The position numbers and the translations under genes were made by a program. From NCBI GenBank assembly GCA_030749075.1, contig JASMKR010000004.1, positions 15,232-79,231 of the forward strand: DNA of 64,000 nt, in the 5' to 3' direction. The stretch comes from Candidatus Thalassarchaeaceae archaeon. Lineage in GTDB: Archaea; Thermoplasmatota; Poseidoniia; Poseidoniales; Thalassarchaeaceae. Below the pieces are notes generated by a model. That model was not told the DNA's origin. It was given only the letters and a program-made list of their open reading frames with translations, and searched no databases. Positions 1 to 8,591 of the stretch are shown in pieces. How positions within the stretch are numbered: the first letter of the stretch is position 1; each line of letters begins with the position of its first letter.

Positions 1-1250
1 CCGGACTCCCAGACGTCGAAGGCCTCTTCGGTAGACCAAAGCAGGCTCTTGCCACGAATCCACATTCCCGCCGGAATCGCTCCCCATGCGATCTCCAGCC
101 TCCGCTCCCAGTCATCATCTAGGGGCTGTGGGAAGGACCCCGGGTCCGGGTCGACCTCGTCGGGGGTGAGAACTCGCTTCGGTTGGGTTGAATGCCTATC
201 ATCGCCCCCGATCCTCTCGAGCACTGCTAGGAAGAAACCGCCACCCTCGATGGCATCGTTCCAGATTCGCACGCAGTGGACCAGCTCACTGCGAACGAGT
301 CCATCTAGGGGGGGCATCATGGACTCGGGGATTTCTAACTCGTCGGTGGACTCTCCCTCATCGTCGAGTACAGGCCAATGGGTTAGGCCATGCTCCGAGG
401 GCACGCCATCGAGCAGGCTGTGGCCCGGAACGATCCTAACCCCTCCTCCCTCGAGCGCCCGCGCCACCACCGCCTCGTCCTCCACAGGATCGAGCGAGCA
501 AGTGGCGTAGACTATCCTGCCACCCCGCTTGGTCATTCGAATCGCCCTTGTGAGCAGGTCGGACTGAAGATCATGCAGCGAGCGCCCCGAAGAGGGCAAC
601 CACTTGGCCCAAACGTCAGGATTCTTCCTAGTAGTCCCGGACCCAGTGCACGGGACGTCGACGAGTACCTTGTCGAAACCGTCTTCGGGGACCATCGGCA
701 TGTGACGACCGTCATGTTGGACCACTACTGCGGCCCTAGAGGCATGACGCTGGACGTTAGTGACCAGGGTGTTAACCCGGCCACTCATGACCTCATTGGC
801 AATGACAACGCCGCTATTGCCGAGATGCTCGCAGATCTGAGTCGTCTTTGACCCTGGAGAGGCGCACATATCGAGGACCACATCTCCCGGCCTCGGGTCC
901 AGCGCAATCACCGGCAGCATGGAGACGGCCTCCTGACGCGTCACCCTACCAGTCTCGTGAAGCGCTTTGAGCAGAATGTCCTCCTCGCCCCCGGCCTTGC
1001 CCCTCTCGAAGGGAAGCTGCCACGCGCTGCCTGGACCACTGAACCACGGTATCCTCTTCGCTGATGCCTCGTTCAACCAGTCCTCCACCCATCCCCGGTC
1101 CCTGCGGAGCGGATTGACCCGGACGGTCTCGGGCAGCCTCTCATAGGACCCTTGGAACCAGTCCTCGGAATCCTGCCTCCAGTGAGAAACCGCCTTGAGG
1201 AGGACGCTATCGGCGGCCGAGTCCTCCCAAGTGACCTCGCAATCCGCCAT
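1..1250 (-). CDS. NOL1/NOP2/Sun-family RNA cytosine-C5 methyltransferase (3' end runs off the left edge)
   Basis: My own minus-strand translation; it is absent from the ORF track because the stop lies outside the window. Sequence: MADCEVTWEDS...RLPETVRVNPLR...HETGRVTRQEAVSMLPVIALDPRPGDVVLDMCASPGSKTTQ...VLVDVPCTGSGTTRKNPDVW...GGRIVYATCSLDPVE. It has the SAM-binding DxCAxPGxKT motif and both catalytic Cys motifs (PCTG, TCS) of RsmB/RsmF/aTrm4-type enzymes. Confidence 0.85.
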   Translation of the reverse strand, partial: MADCEVTWEDSAADSVLLKAVSHWRQDSEDWFQGSYERLPETVRVNPLRRDRGWVEDWLNEASAKRIPWFSGPGSAWQLPFERGKAGGEEDILLKALHETGRVTRQEAVSMLPVIALDPRPGDVVLDMCASPGSKTTQICEHLGNSGVVIANEVMSGRVNTLVTNVQRHASRAAVVVQHDGRHMPMVPEDGFDKVLVDVPCTGSGTTRKNPDVWAKWLPSSGRSLHDLQSDLLTRAIRMTKRGGRIVYATCSLDPVEDEAVVARALEGGGVRIVPGHSLLDGVPSEHGLTHWPVLDDEGESTDELEIPESMMPPLDGLVRSELVHCVRIWNDAIEGGGFFLAVLERIGGDDRHSTQPKRVLTPDEVDPDPGSFPQPLDDDWERRLEIAWGAIPAGMWIRGKSLLWSTEEAFDVWES

Positions 1251-1405
1251 GCACCAGCGGTTCTGGCCTCTGCCATCAAGTGCTCGCAGGGATTCGATGG
1301 CAATTTTCGAGGACCCCGATTTTCGCCGTTCGGACCCATGCTACACCAACAACGGTTAAACCTCGTAGGAATCGCTGACGCACTGCGGCATTTGTCGCAG
1401 ATGGG

Positions 1406-1768
1406 ATGCACATGAGTGGTTTGAGACGAAGGATATCCAAGAGCTCGATTGAGCCGACAAAGACTGATGAGATAGGAGCCAAGGTGAAGCTGGGCGATTT
1501 GGTAATGCGCGCGAAGCAGAACGGGTCTAAGCAGGGGCCGTTGGTTCCTATCGAGGCCTTGGTAACCGTGTCGCAGGACGAATGGACTTGGCAGGTCGTC
1601 AATAATGACGTCCTAGATCGCCTGAGCCATAGACTCGTGTTCCAGACATCGGGCGGCTTCCGTCGTGAGATTCTGATGACAAAGGGGCTGGAGACCGCCA
1701 TGGGAGCAGCGTCTTTGATTGTGGAGCTCGATGGCGGTTGTGTGCTGATCGAGACCCTCGAGCCATAG
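1406..1768 (+). CDS. hypothetical protein (120 aa; start uncertain)
   Basis: Only ORF filling the gap between the methyltransferase start and Sec61beta. Codon pattern looks coding. No motif recognised. Confidence 0.4.
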   Translation: MHMSGLRRRISKSSIEPTKTDEIGAKVKLGDLVMRAKQNGSKQGPLVPIEALVTVSQDEWTWQVVNNDVLDRLSHRLVFQTSGGFRREILMTKGLETAMGAASLIVELDGGCVLIETLEP

Positions 1769-1831
1769 CACGCTACGGCATTCTAGAGGTTCTCGTGGAG
1801 TTGAAATAGGGACTCTAGGTGCGGTGTGCCG

Positions 1832-2020
1832 ATGGCCAAGGAGAAGGGCAGCGGCATTCAGCAGGCGGCTGGCCTGATTCGCTACTTCGACGAGGAGTCC
1901 GAGGACGCTATTCAGATTTCCAAGGGAACCATCTACTTCGCCTGCATCTCCTTCAGCGTGGTGGTATACCTCGCCCAGTTTGGCGTTTGGTCGTGGATGC
2001 GACAGACGCTAGGACTCTAG
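1832..2020 (+). CDS. secG: preprotein translocase subunit Sec61beta
   Basis: MAKEKGSGIQQAAGLIRYFDEE...ISKGTIYFACISFSVVVYLAQF: the archaeal Sec61beta signature (AGL-x-RYFDE) followed by one C-terminal TM helix. ATG at 1832 lies two codons inside the GTG 1826 ORF. Confidence 0.8.
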   Translation: MAKEKGSGIQQAAGLIRYFDEESEDAIQISKGTIYFACISFSVVVYLAQFGVWSWMRQTLGL

Positions 2021-2778
2021 TCGCCCTTCAGAACACGGTCGGCGATTCGAACCTCGGTGCTGGGGTCGGCCTGAATGATTGCGTTCGACGCCCTGCTCAG
2101 CGCCCTCTCGACGGCAGGGGCATTCTTGTCGGATAGTGCGGACTGGGCCTCTTCCAGCGCATGTTCGGCTGCGTCTAGCAGATCTGCCGAGTCCTCGCTC
2201 ACCCCCCTCAGACTGCGGACTGTGTCCTGGAGTTGTGTGATCTCCTCAATCATTTCCTCTTTGGCCAGAGCGACCAATCCCTCCCAGCTCGATGTGTGAG
2301 ATGACATGGTGCCCGAGGTCGCCTTCTCGAATGCCCTTACTCGTGACGCCTCCCAAGGGTTCCTGCCTAGGATGGCAACGATATCATGCACGCACCTCGC
2401 ACGCGCAGCCGATGGGCCCTCGATCACAATCTCATTGAGGAAGCACCTTGCCAATAGGCCGAAGCCCCAGTAGTGGCTACTTGAGATTCTCATTACCAGC
2501 TCGTTCGATCGGCAGAGAAGCTCCCAGCGCTGCTCGTCGTACCCCGGCTCCTTGGTGAACCTCGGTGGTTCGTGGGAGCCCATGGACCTGAGCGCCGCCT
2601 GAGCGACATCACCGAGGTAGACCTTCCCGGTAGCGCCCTTGGAACCATCGACTTGTAGGATGCCATCGTCGTCTATCGACATCCTGGGCCTTCCGTCCAA
2701 GACCTGGGCGTAGAGGACGGAGCGTCGCGCATCGAGGCCAATGGGGCCCGATTGCGTCTCACCCCCAAGCTCATTCAC
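2017..2778 (-). CDS. hypothetical protein with helical acidic C-terminus
   Basis: 253-aa ORF with no competing frame. No recognisable domain. An alternative start at MSIDDDG is possible. Confidence 0.5.
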   Translation of the reverse strand: MNELGGETQSGPIGLDARRSVLYAQVLDGRPRMSIDDDGILQVDGSKGATGKVYLGDVAQAALRSMGSHEPPRFTKEPGYDEQRWELLCRSNELVMRISSSHYWGFGLLARCFLNEIVIEGPSAARARCVHDIVAILGRNPWEASRVRAFEKATSGTMSSHTSSWEGLVALAKEEMIEEITQLQDTVRSLRGVSEDSADLLDAAEHALEEAQSALSDKNAPAVERALSRASNAIIQADPSTEVRIADRVLKGD

Positions 2779-2857
2779 GCTCTACTGTCCCAGCCCGTGT
2801 GGTTGAACGTTGCGCGTCGGTGGGAACCCCTAAGTCCCACCTCCCCAACACCCAGAC

Positions 2858-3052
2858 ATGCCTCGGAGGAAGTACGGGCGCCTCCAGAAGGTCGTCGAGA
2901 GGCCGCCCTCTGACAACTGCAGCAGGTGCAGGGCGGGCAAGCACTGCCCGATTCCCGGCCATCCGGGCTACGATGAGGGCGCCAATAGGACTTGGAAGGG
3001 CCCGGAGGCCGTCGACAAGCGGACCAATAAGAAGAACCCGTCACGGAGATGA
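2858..3052 (+). CDS. small basic Cys/His-containing protein (64 aa), hypothetical
   Basis: Exactly fills the gap between two minus-strand genes. By my hand count about 84% of third codon positions are G/C in this frame, whereas the antisense ORFs put that bias on position 2. Contains CSRCRAGKHCPIPGH. Confidence 0.4.
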   Translation: MPRRKYGRLQKVVERPPSDNCSRCRAGKHCPIPGHPGYDEGANRTWKGPEAVDKRTNKKNPSRR

Positions 3053-4069
3053 CTACTCGTTTGAACGGGAAGCAATCTTCGCTTCCTCGACCTGAGTCTC
3101 TGGAGCCTCCTCAACGGTTCCCTCCGTCAGAGGCGGACTTCGTTGAGCCCTGTGGTAAATCTCCCTCAGGGTCTGGTCGGTAATCTCCAGATATATGCGG
3201 GTGGTCGCTATGCTGGCATGTCCCAGCAGACGCTGGATGGTTACTAGATCGGCCCCTCGCTCGAGCAGTCCTGTTGCGAAGGTGTGCCTGAGGGTGTGCG
3301 GACTGAGCCGACTGCGCGGAATGTCGGCGGAATCAGCTAGACGATCCATCATCTTCTGAATCGAACGCGGGTTGATGCGCCTGCCTCTGCTCGACAGGAA
3401 CAGGGCTCTTTGATCCTCATCGTTGCTAATCGACAGCCTAGAAGCCCTGATTGGCCCCCAGGCCTCTATCACCTTAACCGTGGATTGGGTGAACAGCACA
3501 GTGCGATCCTTCTCTCCCTTGCCGCCGATCACGAGGGCCGACAGGTCCTCGGTGTCGATGTCATCGAGGTCTAGCCCGCACAGCTCGGAGACCCTCAGAC
3601 CGGTGTCCAAGAGAAGCGTGGAGATCGGGAGGGCCAGAGGGTCTTCGGAATCGCGAGTGGCCCGCCTGAGGCGCTGGAGCTCCTTTCTGCCAAGCGTCTT
3701 CGGCAGCGAGCGGCTTCTTGAAGGACGCTGAATCCAGTCCGGTACCGTGTGGCCCAGCCACTTGAGGAGATGGGAGACAGCAGCGATCTTGGCGTTGATA
3801 GTGGTGGGCTTCAGATCTCCCAGACCGTTCAGCCAGGCGTCCATTCTCCCATTGTTCGGATCCGATCTCATGTGGAAGGAACTGACCGGGAAGCCCCTAA
3901 CTTCACTCCAGTCGAATGACGGCTCCCTCGGCAGCCGAGTGGTCGAGAATTCACGCGCGGCAACTCCGTACGCCCTGATCGTGTGACTGCTCTTCTTCTC
4001 AGAGCGGAGCTGCTGCATCCAGCAGTCATGCCAGGAGAGTTCCGAAATCCTGTGCAACCTCGATGGCAT
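3053..4069 (-). CDS. xerA: tyrosine recombinase XerA-like (phage integrase family)
   Basis: C-terminal catalytic region ...LSPHTLRHTFATGLLERGADLVTIQRLLGHASIATTRIYLEI (HxxR...GH...Y) and an N-terminal SAM-like core-binding region (SSHTIRAYGVAAREF). The track ORF reaches 4165; I start at MPSRLHRISEL (4069), which is uncertain. Confidence 0.85.
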   Translation of the reverse strand: MPSRLHRISELSWHDCWMQQLRSEKKSSHTIRAYGVAAREFSTTRLPREPSFDWSEVRGFPVSSFHMRSDPNNGRMDAWLNGLGDLKPTTINAKIAAVSHLLKWLGHTVPDWIQRPSRSRSLPKTLGRKELQRLRRATRDSEDPLALPISTLLLDTGLRVSELCGLDLDDIDTEDLSALVIGGKGEKDRTVLFTQSTVKVIEAWGPIRASRLSISNDEDQRALFLSSRGRRINPRSIQKMMDRLADSADIPRSRLSPHTLRHTFATGLLERGADLVTIQRLLGHASIATTRIYLEITDQTLREIYHRAQRSPPLTEGTVEEAPETQVEEAKIASRSNE

Positions 4070-4308
4070 CGAGTTGTGCAGCCCTATCTCGTCAGCGCCG
4101 AACCTACGACCGAGCCTGCCTGTGTCTGCTCCGGCCCCCGGTCCGTCTGCGCTATCCCGCTGCAAAGTAACTCGCCTCCCGCCGCGAACGGCGCGTGCAT
4201 CCCTGTCCTAATGGACGAGGGCAAGGAGGCACCTCGGGACTTGAATGCTTCTCCAACCAAAACGAGAGAGACGACGTTAGCAAGCGTTCCGTTTCGCGCC
4301 GAATAGCC

Positions 4309-5277
4309 TCAGTAAGCGTCGGAGAACTCGCCTGACTCGGTTCCGCGGTCATCGGACTGACCCAGCCCCTGATCTTCTCGAACAATCTCCAATCGAATGT
4401 TCAGATGCTCGGCCACCTTTCCGGCTACGTTGACCCCGGTAGCGCCTTCAATGCCCTCCAGTCCCGGGCTTGAGTTGACCTCCAGAATCAGAGGTCCCCG
4501 CTTGGACTCGAGCATATCCACCCCAGCGAGGTCGAGTCCCAGCGTTTCGGTCGCTTGGACGGCGATTTCCTTCTGCCTCGGGGTTAGCTCGACCTCGTCG
4601 ACCGAGCCACCTAGGTGGAAGTTTGAACGGAACTCGTTGCCGTGAGCCTTGCGACGCATCGAGGCGACGACCTCACGCCCGACCACGAAAGCACGGACGT
4701 CTTGGCCGTGGGACTCCTCGATGTACTCTTGGACCAAGGGCCTCATCCCGCGTTCCAGCATTTGGTAAACCAATTGCCTGGCTTGCTGCTCGGAGCGTAC
4801 TAGGTACACTCCCGATCCATGCGTCCCCTCAGTGGACTTGACTACACAGGGGGTGCCACCGACGCGGCTCACCGCACGGCCGGTGTCCTCCCAAGCGCCG
4901 ACGTGCGCTGTGATGGGGACGGGCACGCGCTTCTCGGCCATCATCTGGCAGGCAACCAGCTTGTCACGACTCCTGACGATGCCGTGGCTGGGATTGAGTA
5001 CGATGGTCCCCATCTGCTCAAACTGGCGCACTATGGCTACTCCTCTGCGGGTGATGGAGTATCCAATCCTAGGAATGATGGCTTCACACTCCACTGGCCA
5101 ACCCCTGTGGAAGATCCTACCTCCCCTCTCATCGACCACGATGGTGAGGGTGAGCGGGTCTATGATCCGAACAGACCACCCAGCCTTCTCAGCCTCGGTG
5201 GCAAGCCTCCTCGTGCTGTAGAGTTCGGGCCCCCGGGACAGCACCACCAGCCGAGGCTCCATGAAATGCGCCGCCAT
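4309..5277 (-). CDS. rimK: RimK-type ATP-grasp alpha-L-glutamate ligase
   Basis: Colinear with E. coli RimK as I recall it: LVVLSRGPELYSTRRL...IIPRIG...SRDKL...VVKSTEGTHGSGV...LVQEYIEES.GQDVRAFVVG...FRSNFHLGG...GVDMLES.RGPLILEVNSSPGLEGIE. Start at ATG 5277 (MAAHF) or 5262 (MEPRL). Confidence 0.85.
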   Translation of the reverse strand: MAAHFMEPRLVVLSRGPELYSTRRLATEAEKAGWSVRIIDPLTLTIVVDERGGRIFHRGWPVECEAIIPRIGYSITRRGVAIVRQFEQMGTIVLNPSHGIVRSRDKLVACQMMAEKRVPVPITAHVGAWEDTGRAVSRVGGTPCVVKSTEGTHGSGVYLVRSEQQARQLVYQMLERGMRPLVQEYIEESHGQDVRAFVVGREVVASMRRKAHGNEFRSNFHLGGSVDEVELTPRQKEIAVQATETLGLDLAGVDMLESKRGPLILEVNSSPGLEGIEGATGVNVAGKVAEHLNIRLEIVREDQGLGQSDDRGTESGEFSDAY

Positions 5278-5394
5278 GGGATTGCCCTTCAACTCTTTGC
5301 CCCGAGAAAACGGGCATTGCTCTCGAGTGCTTGCCTGCGGGTCCGTGACGCCGAAGGGGTTGAAAGCCGCGGCTTGGGACTGCACACCGCTAGC

Positions 5395-7566
5395 ATGGCC
5401 GGAGACGATTCACTCGACCGCGAGACGTTGTCATCGATGACAGTGGCGGAACTGCGAGATGCCTGCAAGGAGAGGTCTCTATTTGTCTCAGGCAATAAAT
5501 CCCAGTTGGTTGACCGGATTTTGGAGGATCTCGGCGGCGAGCCTGAGCCCAGCCAGCCCGAAGCGGTCGACGCCCTGATAATGGACGAAGGCCCCTATGA
5601 AGCCGGCGATTCGAATCCCCCTGAGGTAGAATCCGAGAGGACTGAGCACGCTGAGGCCGCGGAGCAACTGATTGCAAGACTGAGCAAGGAGGACCAAACC
5701 GAGGAGACCGCGGACGAGGGCCCACGGTGGGGGGACGAGTCAGCGGAGGCCGAGGTATTAGAGGCCGAGTTAGTCGAGCCCGAAGCAGAGATCGTAGCCA
5801 AGGCTGCTGAGCCCACATCCCCCAGCGATGCTCCCGAGGAGGACGCAGCCTCCTTGGTCATCACCATCCCGACCATAACCTCTCTGGGCGAGCGGTGGCA
5901 GACTGTCGCTTCCATCGCTATCGTTGTGCTGCTCGTCGGAGCGCTGGCGACCCAAGTCCTGCAACGCAACTCTGGATTCTCTGCAAGGTCCCTCCACTAT
6001 GGAGACCAGATGGACTTCTACGTCAGCGAGTCGACCATTACCATCCAGGGGGATGAGATGCTGGGCCTAGTACGGGACTCCGCAGACAGCATACTCGACG
6101 AGGCCTGTGGGCAATTGACAGCGGTGATGTCCGGAACGGGGCAAGTCGCGATTTCCCAGGGCAGCGAAGACGGTGCTTCCCCCACCTCCGACAGCCTTGG
6201 GAGGGACGGGTTCCTAGCGGTTGAGAAACGACTCTCGATGAATCTGGACATCGACTTCGAGGGCAAGACTTGGAGAAATCCCGGCGATTGCGGCAATGTC
6301 GGTTGGTCGCTGTCCGACAATAAGATGGCCCTGGACTCAACCAGTTGGGTTGAGCTGGAAGACCGGGATTCGAAGCGCTCGGACTCCATCATCTCGTTCA
6401 CGGACATCGACTCCCGCTCCACCAACCTTCGAGCGGTGACCTACGGGTTCGATGGCTTCGGTGGGCTAGGCACCATTCTGCCCACCCTCGCCTTCCCGAT
6501 GACTCCCATAGAACTGCGCGCGTTCTTCGATGACGAGGTGCTGGTGGCCGGCGCCACCTCCTCTGACATTTCCAACTGGAACTCCGAGTGGTCTTGGGAG
6601 GTCAAGCCGGAGATCTCCCACGAGACCCACGGCCTAGTGTACCCAATAGAGATGCATCACGAAGACATAGGCCAGTGCTACGGACACGCCTACCTAAACA
6701 TCCTCGTAAAGCGCGACAGTCCGTGGCCAGTCGAGCAGGTAGCCGACATAGTCTTCGACAAGAACCTGAGGACCAATGACTGCAACTTCCTCGTCAGCTC
6801 GCTGTCGGAGGAACTCCTCCCCGAGGGCAGGATGTCGGTCTCGATGACGATGTCGAAGAGTTCCGGCTTGTCCGGAAGCACGGAGGTCGACTGGGGCAGG
6901 GACTACCTCAAGCCGAAGGCGGGCGAAGACCAGCCGAGCTCCTCCACGGAGCGAAACTGGGTGGATGCGATGTGGGACGAGTCGGAGATCAGGCCCTTCG
7001 ATCTCGAGGATGCCATCGCGTGCCTGAAGGCCAACCACTCGACTAGCGATGCGGCGATGGCTATACTCGATGGCGGCTACTTCTGGCAGGGCCAGTGGTC
7101 TCAGCCCACCGGAGCACCCGAGTGGAATCTGTCTTGGGTTGACGAAGACGACCGATCGGGGTGGCTCGTGCTGCGCTCGACGGACTCTGGAGGTTGCAAT
7201 GCAGTCGAGCAGGGCTCGAATGACGACGGAGAAGTAATTTGGAATCGGGACGCCATCCCGAGTACGCAGACGATGGCACTGCTGGAAGGCAGGATCCTCA
7301 ATCAGGCCCGATACCCGGATTTGCAATCCGAGATTGCCACCGCAGGAATCTGGCATTCCGACGCAACGGTCGGCTACCGGCTCTCGGTATCGGAGGACAC
7401 CCAGCTGTTCAGCTTCCTACCAGGTGACCTCGGTGAAGGGAAGGTTACCATGACTGCCGGCAGGGACTGGAACGAAGGGGGAAGGGATCACTCGATCGAC
7501 CTCGCCATGGACTCGGAGACTGGTGAGATGGTGACTTGGTACCACATCGACCGTCCCGCCGAGTGA
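5395..7566 (+). CDS. SAP-domain single-pass membrane protein with a large extracytoplasmic domain
   Basis: The track ORF begins at 4819, but its first 192 codons are antisense to rimK; ATG 5395 gives MAGDDSLDRETLSSMTVAELRDACKERSLFVSGNKSQLVDRILEDL, a SAP helix-extended-helix motif. An acidic linker of about 130 aa follows, then one TM helix (WQTVASIAIVVLLVGALATQVL) and a Trp/Asp-rich domain of about 520 aa. Confidence 0.7.
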   Translation: MAGDDSLDRETLSSMTVAELRDACKERSLFVSGNKSQLVDRILEDLGGEPEPSQPEAVDALIMDEGPYEAGDSNPPEVESERTEHAEAAEQLIARLSKEDQTEETADEGPRWGDESAEAEVLEAELVEPEAEIVAKAAEPTSPSDAPEEDAASLVITIPTITSLGERWQTVASIAIVVLLVGALATQVLQRNSGFSARSLHYGDQMDFYVSESTITIQGDEMLGLVRDSADSILDEACGQLTAVMSGTGQVAISQGSEDGASPTSDSLGRDGFLAVEKRLSMNLDIDFEGKTWRNPGDCGNVGWSLSDNKMALDSTSWVELEDRDSKRSDSIISFTDIDSRSTNLRAVTYGFDGFGGLGTILPTLAFPMTPIELRAFFDDEVLVAGATSSDISNWNSEWSWEVKPEISHETHGLVYPIEMHHEDIGQCYGHAYLNILVKRDSPWPVEQVADIVFDKNLRTNDCNFLVSSLSEELLPEGRMSVSMTMSKSSGLSGSTEVDWGRDYLKPKAGEDQPSSSTERNWVDAMWDESEIRPFDLEDAIACLKANHSTSDAAMAILDGGYFWQGQWSQPTGAPEWNLSWVDEDDRSGWLVLRSTDSGGCNAVEQGSNDDGEVIWNRDAIPSTQTMALLEGRILNQARYPDLQSEIATAGIWHSDATVGYRLSVSEDTQLFSFLPGDLGEGKVTMTAGRDWNEGGRDHSIDLAMDSETGEMVTWYHIDRPAE

Positions 7567-7636
7567 GACTAAAACCGCCCCGGCTCATCCAGTCCGAGCG
7601 TCATGTTCAACACTGCTCCTAGTGCCGTGCAACCCG

Positions 7637-8590
7637 ATGACATTGTCCGAGGACAGCGGAGAACTTCCTCAGGTTAAGGCCGCTCCACTAGTTCTGGACG
7701 TAGAGTTCACTGAGGTCGAGGACGAGACTCTCGCACCCCCCTTGAATGCCGTCGACGAGATCAGCACAGCCAGAGCACGCCGCCCGATGGAACTGCCAGC
7801 TTCGTTGCCCACGCCATCTGGTAGGGCCCGCGTGGTCACAGTGACCAATCAGAAGGGTGGCGTCGGCAAAACCACCACCGTGATCAACATCGGAGCCCAA
7901 CTCGCTTTGAGGGGCCATAAGGTCCTAGTGGTCGACTCGGATTCGCAGGGAAACTGCGCGACCGGGATGGGCGTGGACAAGAGCAGGGTCAGGGCCACCA
8001 CCAGAGACCTCATCCTGAGTCCCGAGACGGCAGTCGACTCGCGACACGCCACCGCAGTGGACAACCTGCACATAATCGTTGGAGACAGGAGCCTGATCGG
8101 GCTCGAGCAGGAGATGCTGAGGCAGCTCGGCCGCGAGAGGCGCATGAAGGAAGCCCTCGAACCCCTCCTGCCCCACTACGACATCGTCCTGATTGACACG
8201 CCCCCCTCCCTCGGCCTCGTCACAATCAACGCCCTCGTGGCCTCGGACGGGGTCCTCATCCCAGTGCAGACGGAGTACTTCGCACTGGAGGGGCTGGCCC
8301 TCCTTGCCGGAACAATCAGGGAGGTCAGGAGCCTGCTGAACAAGAATCTGGGCGTGGACGGCGTAATGCTGACGATGCACGCCCAGACCCTGCTCAACCA
8401 GCAGGTCGCAGGTGAGTTGCTGGAGACCTTCCCGGACCTAGTGGTCAAGCCGGCCATCAGGAGAAATGTCAGGCTGGCCGAGGCACCCAGTCACGGCGTC
8501 CCAATCCACTTGCACGACCCATCGAGCGCAGGTGGTCAGGACTACCAAGCAATAGCAACTGTTCTAGAGCGCCGATGGGGCCTTGTATAG
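7637..8590 (+). CDS. parA: ParA/Soj-family partition ATPase with an acidic N-terminal extension of about 65 aa
   Basis: Deviant Walker A VTNQKGGVGKTTT, then VLVVDSDSQGN, IVLIDTPPSLG and VLIPVQTEYFALEG. Start is ATG 7637 or the in-frame GTG at 7622. Confidence 0.9.
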   Translation: MTLSEDSGELPQVKAAPLVLDVEFTEVEDETLAPPLNAVDEISTARARRPMELPASLPTPSGRARVVTVTNQKGGVGKTTTVINIGAQLALRGHKVLVVDSDSQGNCATGMGVDKSRVRATTRDLILSPETAVDSRHATAVDNLHIIVGDRSLIGLEQEMLRQLGRERRMKEALEPLLPHYDIVLIDTPPSLGLVTINALVASDGVLIPVQTEYFALEGLALLAGTIREVRSLLNKNLGVDGVMLTMHAQTLLNQQVAGELLETFPDLVVKPAIRRNVRLAEAPSHGVPIHLHDPSSAGGQDYQAIATVLERRWGLV

Positions 8591-8591
8591 G

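Noticed and set aside
3053-4165. The tyrosine recombinase considered as the integrase of an integrated element or provirus.
   Set aside because: It is not adjacent to a tRNA. I could see no flanking direct repeats, and the neighbours are ordinary cellular genes. The sequence fits housekeeping XerA better.
4819-5394. The 5' 192 codons of the 915-aa ORF (4819..7566, +).
   Set aside because: This stretch is entirely antisense to the well-supported rimK gene and has a low-complexity, non-protein-like translation. An in-frame ATG at 5395 begins a clean SAP motif just past the rimK start, so the long form is a GC-rich shadow extension.
6694-7356. 220-aa minus-strand ORF. Comparable long antisense ORFs include 13062..13583, 25148..25711, 25994..26551, 31478..31990, 32215..32823, 33197..33844, 46384..46959, 49982..50610 and 59675..60349.
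   Set aside because: All lie opposite genes with clear family motifs and have Arg/Pro/Gly/Ser-rich, motif-free translations. These are typical shadow ORFs of GC-rich DNA.
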